Assembly: GCA_003971905.1 (NCBI GenBank)
Contig: RSEE01000150.1
Location: forward strand, 62,001-116,859
DNA length: 54,859 nt
DNA from: Moniliella sp. 'wahieum'
Taxonomy: Eukaryota
Reading direction: 5' to 3'
Below are positions 23,939 through 38,175 of the stretch, in pieces (the first letter of the stretch is position 1; every line of letters starts with the position of its first letter). The notes beneath the pieces are model-generated. The model did not search any database. It was not told where the DNA came from and worked only from the letters and a program-made list of their open reading frames with translations. A program made the position numbers and the translations under genes.

Positions 23939-24138
23939 CTAAACGATCTACTAACAAATAACACATCGTTCAGATCCCAGAGAGCCTGCATCGCATCTCC
24001 GCGCAGGCTAAACGATCCAGAGCCTGGTAACGCTCAGCAAAAAAGCTATTTGAATGAGAGGTGTGCTAACCAACAAACCCCTAAACCATCTACTAACAAA
24101 TAACTAGCGTCCAGTTGCCCGAGAGCATGCACCGTATC
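23939..24138. repeat. Imperfect ~58-bp direct repeat, 142-bp spacing
   Basis: CTAAAC(G/C)ATCTACTAACAAATAAC...GAGAGC(C/A)TGCA..G.ATC at 23939-23997 and 24081-24138. Confidence 0.75.
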
Positions 24139-25033
24139 GTCGAGACAACGGAAGGCGCACAACTGCAGCCTTTCAGGCTGATTTCGTGCGTCATAGTTTC
24201 CAGTCTACTTTCGCAGCCTCTCTCACCAAGAGCTCACTGCCGCCAAGCGGTGCGTACTGGCCCCGCTCTTCATGCGTTGCTCTCCTCGCAATATGGCCAC
24301 AATAACTGCTTCACCCGTTCTCATCAGCGCTTCTCTGTTGCTACGCACCGAACGGCATTGACTTCCAGAGGGAATGGGACGTGCCTTACACGTCACAGCT
24401 TCCTTGACTCATCTGCCCTGTGCACAGTCTTGCTCAACCGGAGTCTGAACAGCAGCAACCGCTGCAGTGGCATTTGCAGTGCCATCACTGTCTCTTTGTC
24501 CGATCAAAAGTACGTCCCCACTGCCCTTTGTAGTCCAGCGGGTCATCTGCCTTTTTTCACTCATCGCCCCGCAAGCTATCTACTGGGCTGAGAGTGCATG
24601 GGAGAATTTCGAGGCCATTGCGGACACGCATCATCCGCAAGGTTACCGTGCGACCAGTGTAACAATTCACCCTTCACCATCACATTGCCGGAACCCGGGC
24701 ATAAATAACAGACGAGGAGGATGCACGGGACATCGAAGGCACTGCAGTCAATCTCGTTGGCGCAGAGGGCACAGATGGCGAGGACGACGACGACCGCACA
24801 GACGACTCTGAGACTGAAGAGTGATTTGGCGGCTATACATTCCAAAGATCTCTCAATGGCAAGCCCCCAAGTCCATATTGACCCATCGCGATGCAAAAAA
24901 GTACCTTCGAAGACGATTGCACTGCATTCGATGTGGTACTAGAATGAGTAGTAGTATAAAATGTAATACCAAAAGTAACCCAGGGAGAGCGAGCATAGGA
25001 GGATCAGATTCGTCAGATGCGTCGCCCATGGGC

Positions 25034-25167
25034 ACGTCAATCACGTTTCTGACGTTCAAGGGGGTGACGTCGGCGACATATCTGACGTTCAAGGGGATGA
25101 CATCGAGGACATAACTGACCTGCAAGGGGATGACATCGGGTGACATCGACGACGTCACTGACCTGCA
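25034..25167. repeat. 33-bp period minisatellite, about 4 copies
   Basis: Units at 25034, 25067 and 25100 share CTGAC(GTT/CTG)CAAGGGG(G/A)TGAC; a partial fourth unit follows a 10-nt insert. Confidence 0.85.
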
Positions 25168-28100
25168 GCGCGCTGACAGAATTGCCTCTCCCAGGGCAAA
25201 TTACTCTGACATTTTCAAGGCATTTTATATCATAAACATAAATGATGTCTTTTCGTGATCCGCTGTATACTGCTATGGGTGTTGGCCAACGTATCTGGGC
25301 TCGGTCGGGCTGCACAAGGCTCATCGAGGCGTCCATGCTCTGCTGCTGCTCAGAATGTCTCGTGAGGGCACTACAGCGGGATTCGAGCTTAGTTAGATAC
25401 AGTGTTCCCAAGCACAAGCTGATGGAGGGCTTGCTTGGATTCAATCCCACACTTTGGACAGCATGCCATGGATTGCGTCCCGTTGTGCATAGTTATACTG
25501 CTGTTGTTGGCTGTGCTCCAATCTCAAACCCAATCCCTGCGCTATGGGAAAGAATTCCATTGATTGTGTCCCCTCGTCGGACAATGCTGCTGTTGCTGGC
25601 TTAGAGAAGAGGGTGAAGCACGCCGCATATGGTACGAACGAGCTAGTGTGCACAGGAAGGAAATTGTTGGTAGCCCATGTAGGACGCGTTCACGGCTGTT
25701 GGAAGAGATGGCACTGATGTTGCTCATGCAGGAAGGCGTTAGGAGCGCTTAGGCTCCGCAGGGCCCGCTCGGCCATCTTTGCCCGCGACACGTTCGGGGA
25801 CGAGTGCATCAATTTGTCCAACTCACGCATTCATCTCACCCGGTCGGATTTGATTGTGGCGGGTAACTATCCGGGTCTCTTGATCAACGACACCACGATG
25901 GAGAAAAAGCATGAAGTTTGCTATGCACCGCCGATCGGCGCTGACAACGGAAAATATATTTCGCCGTTGACGAGATAAAACGAAGAACGAGGCCGGAGAG
26001 AATCACACAGAACAGCCGCCAACGCACAGACACTTACAAAGCCTTGGGTTCACTTGGAGTCAAGTACGGATGGCGCCTTCGATGCTCATATGACGTGTCG
26101 AAAACACATACAGCGCCCGAAGATTCTACTAACAATACTTCTGGTCATTAACCCTGTGCTGCCTTGACATAAATTCTCAGAATTTCACGGCGCTAGCCTC
26201 GATCTGTATTCATGGGATTGATTACCGCGGTTGCATGGTGATCGGGGGGAACTGCGTTCAAAAGCAAAAGGCGACCTCAGCGTAGGAAAGTGGACATGTC
26301 TTAACGTCTGTGTCCAACTGCCGTCAATAGGAATTTGTTTAATTCACGGGCACCAAGTTATGCGAGTCAGCGTCATCTCCTCTCGAGGCGCTCGCAGATT
26401 GATCAGTGACTATATGGAATCTTATAGTCGTCTAGGCTCAGAGAATAACGAATGTACCCTCAAGACCAAATTCTGTTCACCCGGAGTCCTTACCCCCATG
26501 TCCATTAGCACACTGATATCGCTCGTGCCTGGGCACATTTGTATACTTGATAGTGTTTCGACATGCGCTTAAACCCAAGTAACGACACGAAAGAGCAAAA
26601 ACAGGCATTAAATGTGCAGCTTACGGAAAGTCACAATCATGATGTGAACTCAATTACCGTTTCGGAAACGTACAACCTCGCGCGCCAAAGCAAAGTGTAG
26701 AATATACATGCCCTTTACAAGCATGACCTGATTTGTATAAACTATGAAAATGGTTGGTCCGCGGTAACACGGTTTTTGCCTACGAACTGGAATAAATTAC
26801 GCCATGATACAAGAGCATGCATGCAATATCGTTGGGGTAATATTTTGGCCGCCAGATGAACCATTGCGACCGGCTCATATTTGGGAAATTCAGAGTGCAT
26901 TAGGCCTCCTCAGATATCAAAAAACCAAACGAACTCATGTATAAAAAAACAACTCATACCAAGATAATGGTTCACAAGAGTTGGATACAGTGCATGCCAT
27001 TGAAGAAGAGAGCGACCCTAAATTGAATGCTTCCGTGAACTGGCTGTGATTGGGCCGACCGATCCACCACCATTATCAAAAAAGATTTGGGAGTACACCC
27101 CGTATGGTGTCAAACCAGCATAGGGGACTATTCCGCAAATGAGTTCGATCCGCACATTGCCCAATTAGTCGATCGGATATGGCCTGCCGCATAAAGAGTT
27201 GGAGATCTTTCTGCATACCCCGCCTGTGCTGTGCATTACACACGCTCATCATTACCCTCACTTAACCGATAGTACATTATTTGGAGCAGAAGTTCAGCTC
27301 ACAGACTGCCCACTGCCCGCTCGCTCCTTCTAACACCTCGTCTCACCTGTCCACTTTGTGTCAGGTGTTCCTTGAAGACTTTTTGCTCACTTCTTTACCC
27401 TCACGCCTCGTTTGAAGGCAACGGTGTACCGATTACCCCTCAGTTCTCACGAGTCACACTCTTGCATGGTCAGCTGGTTACCCTAGCGTCCTTTTGTTCA
27501 CCTTCCATGTATGTGGTGAGTTAACTTCGTCTTTCTATGGACAATCTGTTGCTGGGAATGCATTCTCGGGGTTCCGTGGCATTTTGATGCTGTCCATAAA
27601 AATGGTCTGTGGCTTCTAAGATTCAAAACACAATTCATTTATTCATGTGAAAGACGGGGAGACGTGATCCAACCTCCATTTTCAATTATATAAGCTCTTA
27701 ATGGCAGTACTTCCTTATTTAGTGTAATGTATTAAAGAAAAATCGGTACCGGATCTGTTAATTTGGAGGCAGAATGTAGGGATAGCCTTCAAGCCCGTAA
27801 CCTTCTTTTATTCCTGGTATAACTGCGTACCCCTTGTTCGCGTGCAGAAATACAAAGAAAAGCTAATGGGAATTTTGTTGCCTAGCTTCGTGATGTGGAA
27901 TAAAAATGGAAATGTTGCCTAATGGAAACTCGAATGGCAAAAGGAGCGAGAGGCGAATCCAAACCATTATTGAGTCGGAAATATCAGTCCCGAGAAAAAG
28001 ACATACGTGCCACCCGCATTAGAAAAGATGCTAATTCGACCTTGATCGGCGGCGATGGAAAGCTCACAATGGCCAACACATGATATCAGATTCTATCTCT

Positions 28101-29953
28101 CATTTGACCTGGAGTCCGGGTGGTGTTCCAGAGAGATATCAACTCGTACTGAAGGTGGTGGCGATCTAAGCCACCTACCAACATCTACAGAGGAAGATCA
28201 TGTAGCTAGCAGCCGCCAGCAGAGACTACGCGGAAAAATCAGTTTCAGGGAGACAGAAAACACTGAACTCCTAGGCCTCATAGAGGGACTGAAGGGACAG
28301 TCACCCAACCAGGCAAGCGCCCCCCCAAGACTGAACCTCTCACCCACACCAAAGGAATAAAACAATTGTTTTGCCAGAGACGGTTTAAGAAGCACTGAGA
28401 AACCGGGAAGAAAGGGGAGCCAAATCAGACCAACTGGGTTGGTGAAGTATTAAGAGAGATGATCCACGCTCGGGGACGTGATGAACGGCAAGTTCACCGG
28501 GATGGGTGCGTTCTCGCACCTGGTGGTCCCACCCACACATCAATCGGGCAGATTTTACCCAATCAGACTGGGCTTTTCAGCAACAGTCATGGTTACAGTG
28601 TTGTTCACTTAGAGCTCGGGGTGGTGTGGGCAGAATATGTGCAGTTCAAAACAAATGGTGCGAACAAACGTGCATTGCGCAGGCCATATACCCACGGCCA
28701 TAAGTATTCAGAAATCGGTGTATTGCTCACTTTTTGTTGACCAATGGCCATTCGTGGCGAAGGTCACTTCGCTCACTGCTGACGAGGTTGAGCCCATCAC
28801 ATCGCCCATACTGGCATCCGAGGTGGAACCGAAGGAAGCCATTGGATTTCATCTCGAGAGGTCTATGCCGGCCAAGCTTGACAAGGACCGAATGGTAGAT
28901 ATCCTGCGAACGGCAAGCAACAAGAAAATCCGAGACGGCCTGAGGGCGGGAGCTGTTGGCAGCAACAGTGAGGAACGGCATCGCCTTTTCCATATCGGCT
29001 CGCGGAACAGAGCGTCAACAACAATTGAATATCGAAGCTTTTCTCTCCTTCTCCAACAGGATCAAACAGGTACGCCGGAAGACATCTAGTACCCGGGCTC
29101 ACCTTGTATGCGTGCGTGAAATACGCCTGTGGTGCGCTCTAGATTTTCGACAAGCCACACTGTTCACTAGGATCTTGTGCGTATGACCGGCAGGCACTCA
29201 GAGGATGGTAAGGAAGTATAGTACTAGGTCAAGTATAAAGGACAAACGATGACGGTCGCTATTGAGGCTGGAGAGAGAGACATCAGAAGATGAGAGAAGT
29301 TCATTCGCGCGTCGGGGCTGCCGGCCGTGCCGCGAGGAGCACCGTGGATGCAGTAAGAGGGTTTTGTATTTCAATGGTTTGCCACAACATCTCATTTCAC
29401 AAAAGTCCTATTGATTCTCGAGGGATAAGGTTTCGCTATGGTCACTGATGACAATTTTCCACTTCCCCTATTGGGTCCACAAAGGATAGAGGGCATGGAA
29501 ACAACCGAACGTACGACGCCCGCAGCGTGTGCAACCATACGGTGTGATGGTTGCTGCGAAATGGCGATCCGCCTAGGTTTCTCTTCATAGGTTCTGGCCA
29601 GAAAAGGGGGATCGAAAAGGGCAGAGCATCAGGGTGGCTGTGCCACGTTTAATGGGAGGTGAAAGAGACCCCTCCTGCCAACCCGTCCGTCGTTCTTTGA
29701 GCCCATGACTTGTAGTACATGTGATCCTGTCCAACCTGCCCACCGGCCGCATTGGTGTTCTACCAGTAGGATGGTCCATGACCTATAGCACAAGTTAGGA
29801 GGGCAAACAATCAGGCGAGAGGAAGCTTCATTCAGACTCAGCGCGTTCCCCGATACAAGCAAGTTCCTAGTTCCTAGGTCCTGGCTCAACGTTGTGGGTT
29901 GCCAGCTTCCAGTCTGCTCGTTGCTGTGGGTTGGAGTGCAGTGCATTCTCATT

Positions 29954-32288
29954 CTATTGCACCTTGGGGAGAGAGGATGTAGGGTACCTTACTCTACACT
30001 TGCCTCGTCCGTGTCGCGCGGGGCGAGACGAGCTGTATTTCCCTCGGGCAGGCGGCGGTCCAGGCTGGGGCGGAGCGAGCGAGGTGGGTGAGGTGGGCGA
30101 GGACATCAGGGTGAGTGGGGGGTTGCGGGGAAGGCGCCAGCGCGTTGGCAGCGACCAAGGTGCTGCTGCTGCTGGTGGCGGTGGTGCTGGTGGTGGTGTG
30201 TTGGTGTTGGTGGTGGTGGTGTTGGTGGTGTTGGTGGTGTTGGTGGTGGTAGATGGTGCCCCCCCCTCTGGATGGCCAGTAGATGTGCGTGTTTGGTAGA
30301 CAAAGGGGGTTGCCGTTTTGGCGCGTCCGACCAGGGCCCAGTTCTTGGTGGACGGAATCCGCAGCGGTTCCTTTTCCACCCACCAGCCCGCTTGGAGTTG
30401 GAGCCAGGCGACGTACGCGAGGTAAGCCGCGTTGCGCGTGCGCGCGCGAGCGGGCGCACGTACGTCCCCAACCCCATTCCCATTGCCACCTCCATTCCCA
30501 TTCTCATTGCCATTCGCATTCGGGTGCGAGTGTGTTGTTTGCTCGCCCGCTGGCGGCGGCCTTGGTGGGCTTGTGCGCGTCGCCGGTTCTTCGCTCGGGG
30601 GACCGAGCAGGACGGCGGCGCGTGTGGCGTCGACGTGAGCTTGGTCCGGGGCAGCGCCTGCACGGACAAGAGCCTGACGCACCTGGTCCAAGGATACGTC
30701 GAATGTGTGCTGCGGGCAAACGGGTTCCGTCCAGGTCCCAGGGGCAGCAGGGGATTTGAGGAATCCCACGTGGGATCCTGGTGCTGCAGCGGCCAAGAGC
30801 GGCACCCAGGGTGTGAGTTCGTCAGCATGGTTGCCGATGAGGAAGCAGTCGGGGTTAAGCCAGTGCGCCAAGGCGGTTGGGTCGGCGACGAGGGCAGGAG
30901 GGTCGAGGGGAAGTACACGTAAGTCCCTTTGGTTGGGAGGGAGGGAGGAACGGGTTTCGTACTGTGCCCAGGAGTGGCGAGCACGTACGTCGATGCCGAA
31001 TCCTTCAAAGCCTTCCGAGCGGAGGAGATGGACCAAGAGACCGTTGCCACAGCCTAGATCGACAAACCCACCGCGCGGTCGGCCGTGCTGGTCCGGGTAA
31101 GTGCGAGCCCACAGCTCGAGGAGGTACGCGGCAATGGCCAAGTCTTCGTACACGTGTTTTTCGGGTCGGTCACCTCTTTCCACGAGGCGAGCAAGCGGGG
31201 CGCATGGGCCTGCTTGAGCGCCACGTAGCGGTCTTGGAACGCGGCTTGAGGCACGAGCACATCATGGTGAACGCGTTTGACGTACGCGCGCGCAATGCCC
31301 AGGGTGTGTTTGTGCTGCAAGTCGAGCAGCGCCTTGGCGGTGCGCATCAAGCGAGAGGAAGGCTCGGCGGCCAGCCGCACCCACGGACCTCGTCCTGTGT
31401 CCGGGGCGAGGCGCGCGAGGCGGAAGGGGGGAAGAGGAGCGCGTCGAGTCGGAGCGTGCCGGTCGACAGTGTTCCATCTGCCAATGCGGTGCCTGTGCCC
31501 GGTGGGTGCGGGAGGAAGCGGAAAGCGAGTGCGCGTACTTTGGGGTGGTACCATGGCACCTCTTCTTCCCTCGGCGAGGGCGACAAGAGCGGGAGGTAGA
31601 CCACCAGACCTTCTTGCCCTGCGGGCGTGGAGCGGTGGTAAAAGGAGCAGAGCTGGTCCATCGGCCGGTCCAACGCTGGGTTGCGCGGCAGCAGCCGCCG
31701 GTACACCGTCTCGCGCAACGTGTATTCTTCCAGCATGGGCGGCCCCGAGGGGGGATCGACGTCCTCGTGCTCCTGTGCGGCCGAATGCGAGTCGGAGTGC
31801 GAATCGGAGGCGAGTCCGAGTCCGAGTCCGAGTCGGAATGGGAGGAGACGGAGGTCGTGGGCGGTGAGGACATGGGCCAGGCGGGGGCGGAAGGGCGCGG
31901 GCGGGTGTGGCGAGCGAGGATGTCGGCGCGGAGGATGTAGTAGGAGTTGCGTTCGGGGTGGTGACTAGCGTGTGATCAGCGTCGTCCGCGTCGAGGGGGA
32001 AGTGAGCGTCGCACTGGGCGAGGGCAGACCAAGTGGACCAAGTGGAAGGTGGAGGCGGTGGGGTTGTCGCCATGGGTGGGGCTTGGGCGTGGTGGGGCGT
32101 GTGGAAGCGCATGGCGGGCAGGCGGGCCATCTGGTGGGGCGGAGCGGCGGGGTGGCGAGGTGGGGCCAGGCGCCGCGCGCGATGAGGATGGGTTCGGTGG
32201 CGGCGGGGAGAAAGTGGACGTGGGCGCCGACTTCGGCCTTGGCTTTGCGGCTGGAGCGCACATCCTTCCTCCCGGGCGGCGCAGCCAT
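29954..32288 (-). CDS. TRM44: tRNA(Ser) (uridine44-2'-O)-methyltransferase; frameshifted; 3' end approximate
   Basis: YVKRVHHDVLVP, WKEVTDP(E)KHVYEDLAIAAYLLELW, GGFVDLGCGNGLLVHLL, GIDVRARHSW, FLIGNHADELTPWVP and EPLRIPSTKNWALVGR. Candidate ATG at 32288. Confidence 0.93.
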
Positions 32289-34874
32289 GCTGGTGACGTC
32301 CGTCGACTTGGCCTCCTCGCTCGCCGGCGCAACCAAGATGGACGCCCAGACGCAAGACGGCGAAAAAAAAATCAAAAAATGCGACCCAGTAATTAATTGC
32401 ATTTCCCCACCAGACCTTCACTAGTAGGAGTAATCGCTGGTAAATATGTAGCGAGCCGGCGCCTCGTTTTTGGCGTCGCACACACGCGTTGATCAGGCTA
32501 TTTCACCCCTACGAACGACACGACGTCGGCCACGTGCAACGTCACGTCCACCACGAGTTGGAGCGCACACCACACATGGGTTTTTTGGCAACAGGGTGGG
32601 GGCTCTTGCTTGGAAAACCCAGTCGACCGCAGCCGTGCAGGCAGGCGTGCTGAATTTGTAGTAATCGTTGAGGTCGGTATTACGCCTTGAGACAAAATCA
32701 GCTCCTGACAACTACTAAGCGGAATGCCATGACGGCGCTGGAGCACTGAAGAAGGGCGAAGTAATATAGCACCTTGGCGAGCACATCTGTCACGCCTGAC
32801 TGTGAGTGGCACAGAGAGTCATACTCTGTTGCGCCGGTGGAGGAAGTGATGCGGGTCTGACGATGGCTGTCCCGCAGGACTGGTAACCAGTAACACCCGC
32901 AGAGGAGCACCGATGCCGCCGACTACAAGTCAGGTTGCGACCGTCGCGGGCGCCTAAGTTGCTTCGAATCGACGTTCACGACGAGTGTGTGGGTCCCACA
33001 TCGTGTCGGGAGCCAAGCATCAGCGTCAAGTTCATCTTCACTGACGTTGAGCATGTTGGCCGGAAGGTTGAACGTTGAACGTTGAGAACGTAAACAGCAG
33101 TTCATCTCGCGATCTTCACAAGTTGCAATAAGCGCAATTAGCACCAATGTCAGGTGTCCCCCTGCGTGCAGGTCCAACCTGGGCACACAACAGGTAACAA
33201 CAGTGTTGATTGGGTGACCCACCTTCCAGCCGGCACTCCGAAAGGGGCGGAACCCCACCACCACCCCCATCATATGGTGTGGACCTGTTGGGCCGAGAGA
33301 AAGAGGAGGGAGGGGGACAGAAGCATGCCCGGGGCGTGCTTGCTGACGACCTGTGATGGTGGTGTGGCAGGAGTGGGAGCCAACGCACAACGCTTGTTTG
33401 TTGTTCGGATAAGGTCGACTGCGCGACGGCTCGATGAATGGCACGTCGAGAGAGATAGAGGAACATACTGCCACACGCCTCCCTTCCCCCCCCCCGCCCC
33501 CTCACTAGTACACACCGTCGAGTCGCAGTCAACGTGAGGATGGATATCTCCTCCCTTGCTTTTTTATGCGAGAGTCGCGGGTGTGCTCGGACCAAGGCAC
33601 TGGGCAGCGTCGCTTTTGGGCCGTACCCGTACACGTGTGGAAGGGTAGGGTACCGTTTTGTCCCTTCTCGGTACGAGACGAGGAGAGGCCTGCGAAACCA
33701 GCTGGCTCCACAACTAGGACCAATGGTGGGCAACAGCTGACCAGTGGGGGACTACTATTCTGTACTTTTTAACCCTCAAGACACAGAACTGAACCTTGAA
33801 GAGACACTGTACAACTGTCGGAAATGCTGATCGCAAAGCCAACGCCACTCGAACGCACGTCCAGCCTGGTTGTCCACGGTCCTTTTTCGCGCTGCATCGT
33901 CGCCTCGGACTTGAAGTGTAGAAAACGAACGGTGAGAGGGATGGATTTGCCGCGACAGTTGGTGTCACGAGGAGGGAGGCAAAGACGGATCTCGAGGTGA
34001 GGGACGACAGTTGGGATACTGACAAGATATTGTCTTTGTGAGACGAGCACGCATAGAGTTGGAGGCCAAGCGAGCGCAACAGTAACTGTGGGCAATGGGT
34101 GTGCAGGCACCAATGTCGGCGGTGCGTTTGGCCCTGCTGTGTTGGCTTTTGCATATAATAGCGACAATATAAGTTCAAAAGTAGTGATGCAGTGCGACAG
34201 GTGCCGGATGAACGATGAACAGCGAGGGCTGTTCTTCGCCCTCCTCGTTCCGATCGCTCCCTAACCCATTCCTTTCCCGCTCCCGGAGAGAGCAAGGCAA
34301 GCGCGCGACTGCGCCGCACGGATGAACAGATAGAACGGATAGGACCGATAAAAAAGAGGGGCCCAAAGTGCTCGTTGGACACTCTATCGCAGCTTACTTT
34401 TCCTCTTGCCCGTTGGCAATGACATTGGCATTGGCATTGGCATTGGCATTGTCATTCACATTCGCATCGCGATCGGGACTGGACGGCTGGCCTTACCCCT
34501 GGGCATAGGGAGTCGGAGCATGCGCATGGTCTGACGCCGATCGTGCTGGTGGAGACAAACAACTGAACCAGAAGGTGGTGATTTGGGCACCGGACCGGGT
34601 GGGGAGGGACATCCACCGCCTACCCTCTGGACCTATACCTGCCTACCACTACTGCTATCCTGCGCGGTGACCTACGCGTATCCTACACCTCTCCGAACCT
34701 CTACAGACGGACACGTGGGACCAATCGCGCACAACGTTGGCACTCACTCAAGGTGCTTGCTTCCCCCATACCCTCTGGGTCTGAACTGGATCAGGACAAG
34801 AAACCTGGACCTGGACCTGGACCTGGAGTTGGTGGGGAACACTTACCACCTTCCGTGCCTCCCCTCGCCCACCA

Positions 34875-34940
34875 CATCCCCACCCCATCCCCATCCCCAC
34901 CCCCATCCCCATCCCCATCCATCCCATCCCCATCCACATC
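34875..34940. repeat. (CCCCAT)n-like microsatellite; G-rich on the minus strand
   Basis: catccccaccccatccccatccccacccccatccccatccccatccatcccatccccatccacatc. Confidence 0.85.
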
Positions 34941-36860
34941 AGTGACAAAGGGGTAAGCGGGGGTGTACATCGCTCCATGTACGTTGGCACCACACTCGTG
35001 TCGCAAGTCCATCCCATCCCATCCCAGCCTGATCTGATCCGATCGCCAAGTACGCTTGTCGTTCCCGGTGGCGTGGGCACAAGGTGCGTGCGAGACGAGC
35101 ACGCGGTACGTTTGGATCGAGGGTGAGGCGTGGGAGCGACCATCCAGCGGGCAGAGAGACGCAGCAAGGCGGAGTGGGTGCGGAGGACGAGGTGGATGAG
35201 GTGGGTAACGTGGACGAGGTGATGGATGAGGTGAAGCAAACCCGGCTGCTTTGGCTTGGTCCTCGACGGGGGTGGATTGGAGGTGGGGGGGGGCGGAAGG
35301 TATTCCGGCAGAGTACGCAGTCGCGGGTGACAGACAGGACGCAGTGGTCGGGGCACGTGACGTGCGGAATCCCCGCGTCCCGCTTCGCGTACCGAGTGGC
35401 AGCTCTGACTTCTGACTTCTGACTGACCAACTGATGCTTTTAACCTGATCCTATTAGCTTAATGCTGACGCTTGATTGGCGGTCGCCACGAGGTCGGCGA
35501 GCATGACAGCGACGGGCTTCGCAACGCGCCACGCATCCCCCCCGTTGTTCGCTCTGTTGGTGCCAGGCGTGCGCGTGGGCATGCGGTGGGAATGGATAGG
35601 GCGCCCCACTGAGGTGGCGAGCACGCGCGCACAGCAGCATCCAGCCCAAGGGACGAGGACGAGCGAGCGCACACGCCGGTTGCCCTGCACGAACAGGGTC
35701 ATGGTGGTGGCCTGCCGCAAACTGACCCCAACGGTGGTCGCCACAGCTGCCTCGGTGCCCGAGTGGGGGGGGTGCAAACCAGCCCCAACCCGGCCCAAAC
35801 CAGTCCCCAAACCCAAGTGGACTATTACGCAGACTTGCAACGCTTTAGGCACGTTGCGCAGCAAGGCCACCCTCCTCTGTCACGTGTCCCACTTACGACC
35901 CACGCGGCCAAGCGCAAGTCCGAGCGGCGCGTAGGACCGCAGCTGGACTACCTCCCCGTGTGGCTGTGGCTGGTACCGCTACTCTACTGGTTTGTGCGAG
36001 TAAGGTCGTATTGGTTTGCTGGCTTTGGTCCCCGGCCGCGTGCAGCGCCCGACACGCGTCCTGCACGCCGAGGCGGTGGAAACGCCCCCCTCCCCCGTTG
36101 GAGTTCGATACTGAGCACGACAACTTGAACCCCAGTGGAGGAGGCGAAGAGGCCTGCTAGGGCGGGCCAGCCGGCGCTCTAGCCAGCTGAGTCGGGCTCG
36201 GCCGAACGAATGGGACCGAGAGTGGTGGAGAGGTGTGTCGAGGCAGCGGCCAGTGGCGCTGTTGCGTCTCTCGTCTCTCGTCTCTTGTATCTTGTCTCTC
36301 CAATCTCACACTCTCACCACCAAGTGCCTGCGTACTCTGTTGCTCACGCTGGGCGGTGCCCGCCTCTACGCACTAACCCCAGGACGCGGAGCGTGGGACG
36401 TGGACCCCTGAAGGGACCAGTGCCCCAGAACGAATGAATGGGCAGACGAGTCTGACGAGGTGGATAGTGGCGATGGTGGCGATGGTGGTTATGGTGGTGG
36501 TTATTTTGGTGGTGGAGGGCCGTGCGTGTTGATTCGGAACAAACACGTAGCAGGGTTCCGCGCCGCGTGGTGGGGGGACACTAGCGCTGTGCGGGCACAT
36601 GCCAACGATGGTGGGACACTGCCTCTGTGCGGGCCGTGGACCACTGGCCTGTGCCGGCCCACTGCCCCCGTGCCCCAGGGCGCGTGGCTCGGTGGATGAC
36701 ATGTCACCGGTGGGAGTTGGGAGGACAACCAGCCACGGCCGGCGTCTTTTCAGCGGGCAGGTAGGTCGTAGTACCTCCTCCTCTTGCTCTTGCTCTTGCT
36801 CTTCCTCCTCCTCCTCCTCCTCTTCCTGCCCCCACCGGCACCCCCACCACCCCCACCACC

Positions 36861-38175
<1,315 letters not shown>

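Noticed and set aside
21879..25167. Direct repeats as a CRISPR array
   Set aside because: Eukaryotic locus, only 2-4 degenerate copies, no unique equal-length spacers and no cas genes.
30166..30255. (GGT/GTT)n tract giving long alternative ORFs at the TRM44 3' end
   Set aside because: Trinucleotide low-complexity tail; the overlapping ORFs are artefacts of the repeat and GC content.
32493..33474. Minus-strand protein-like fragments (e.g. DVLAKVLYYFALLQ)
   Set aside because: Interrupted by stops and no family recognised; may be chance or an unidentifiable relic.
36054..36059. ACGCGT (MCB box) upstream of CDK1
   Set aside because: A single hexamer that is common throughout this GC-rich window, including inside the heptad arrays, so it is not informative.
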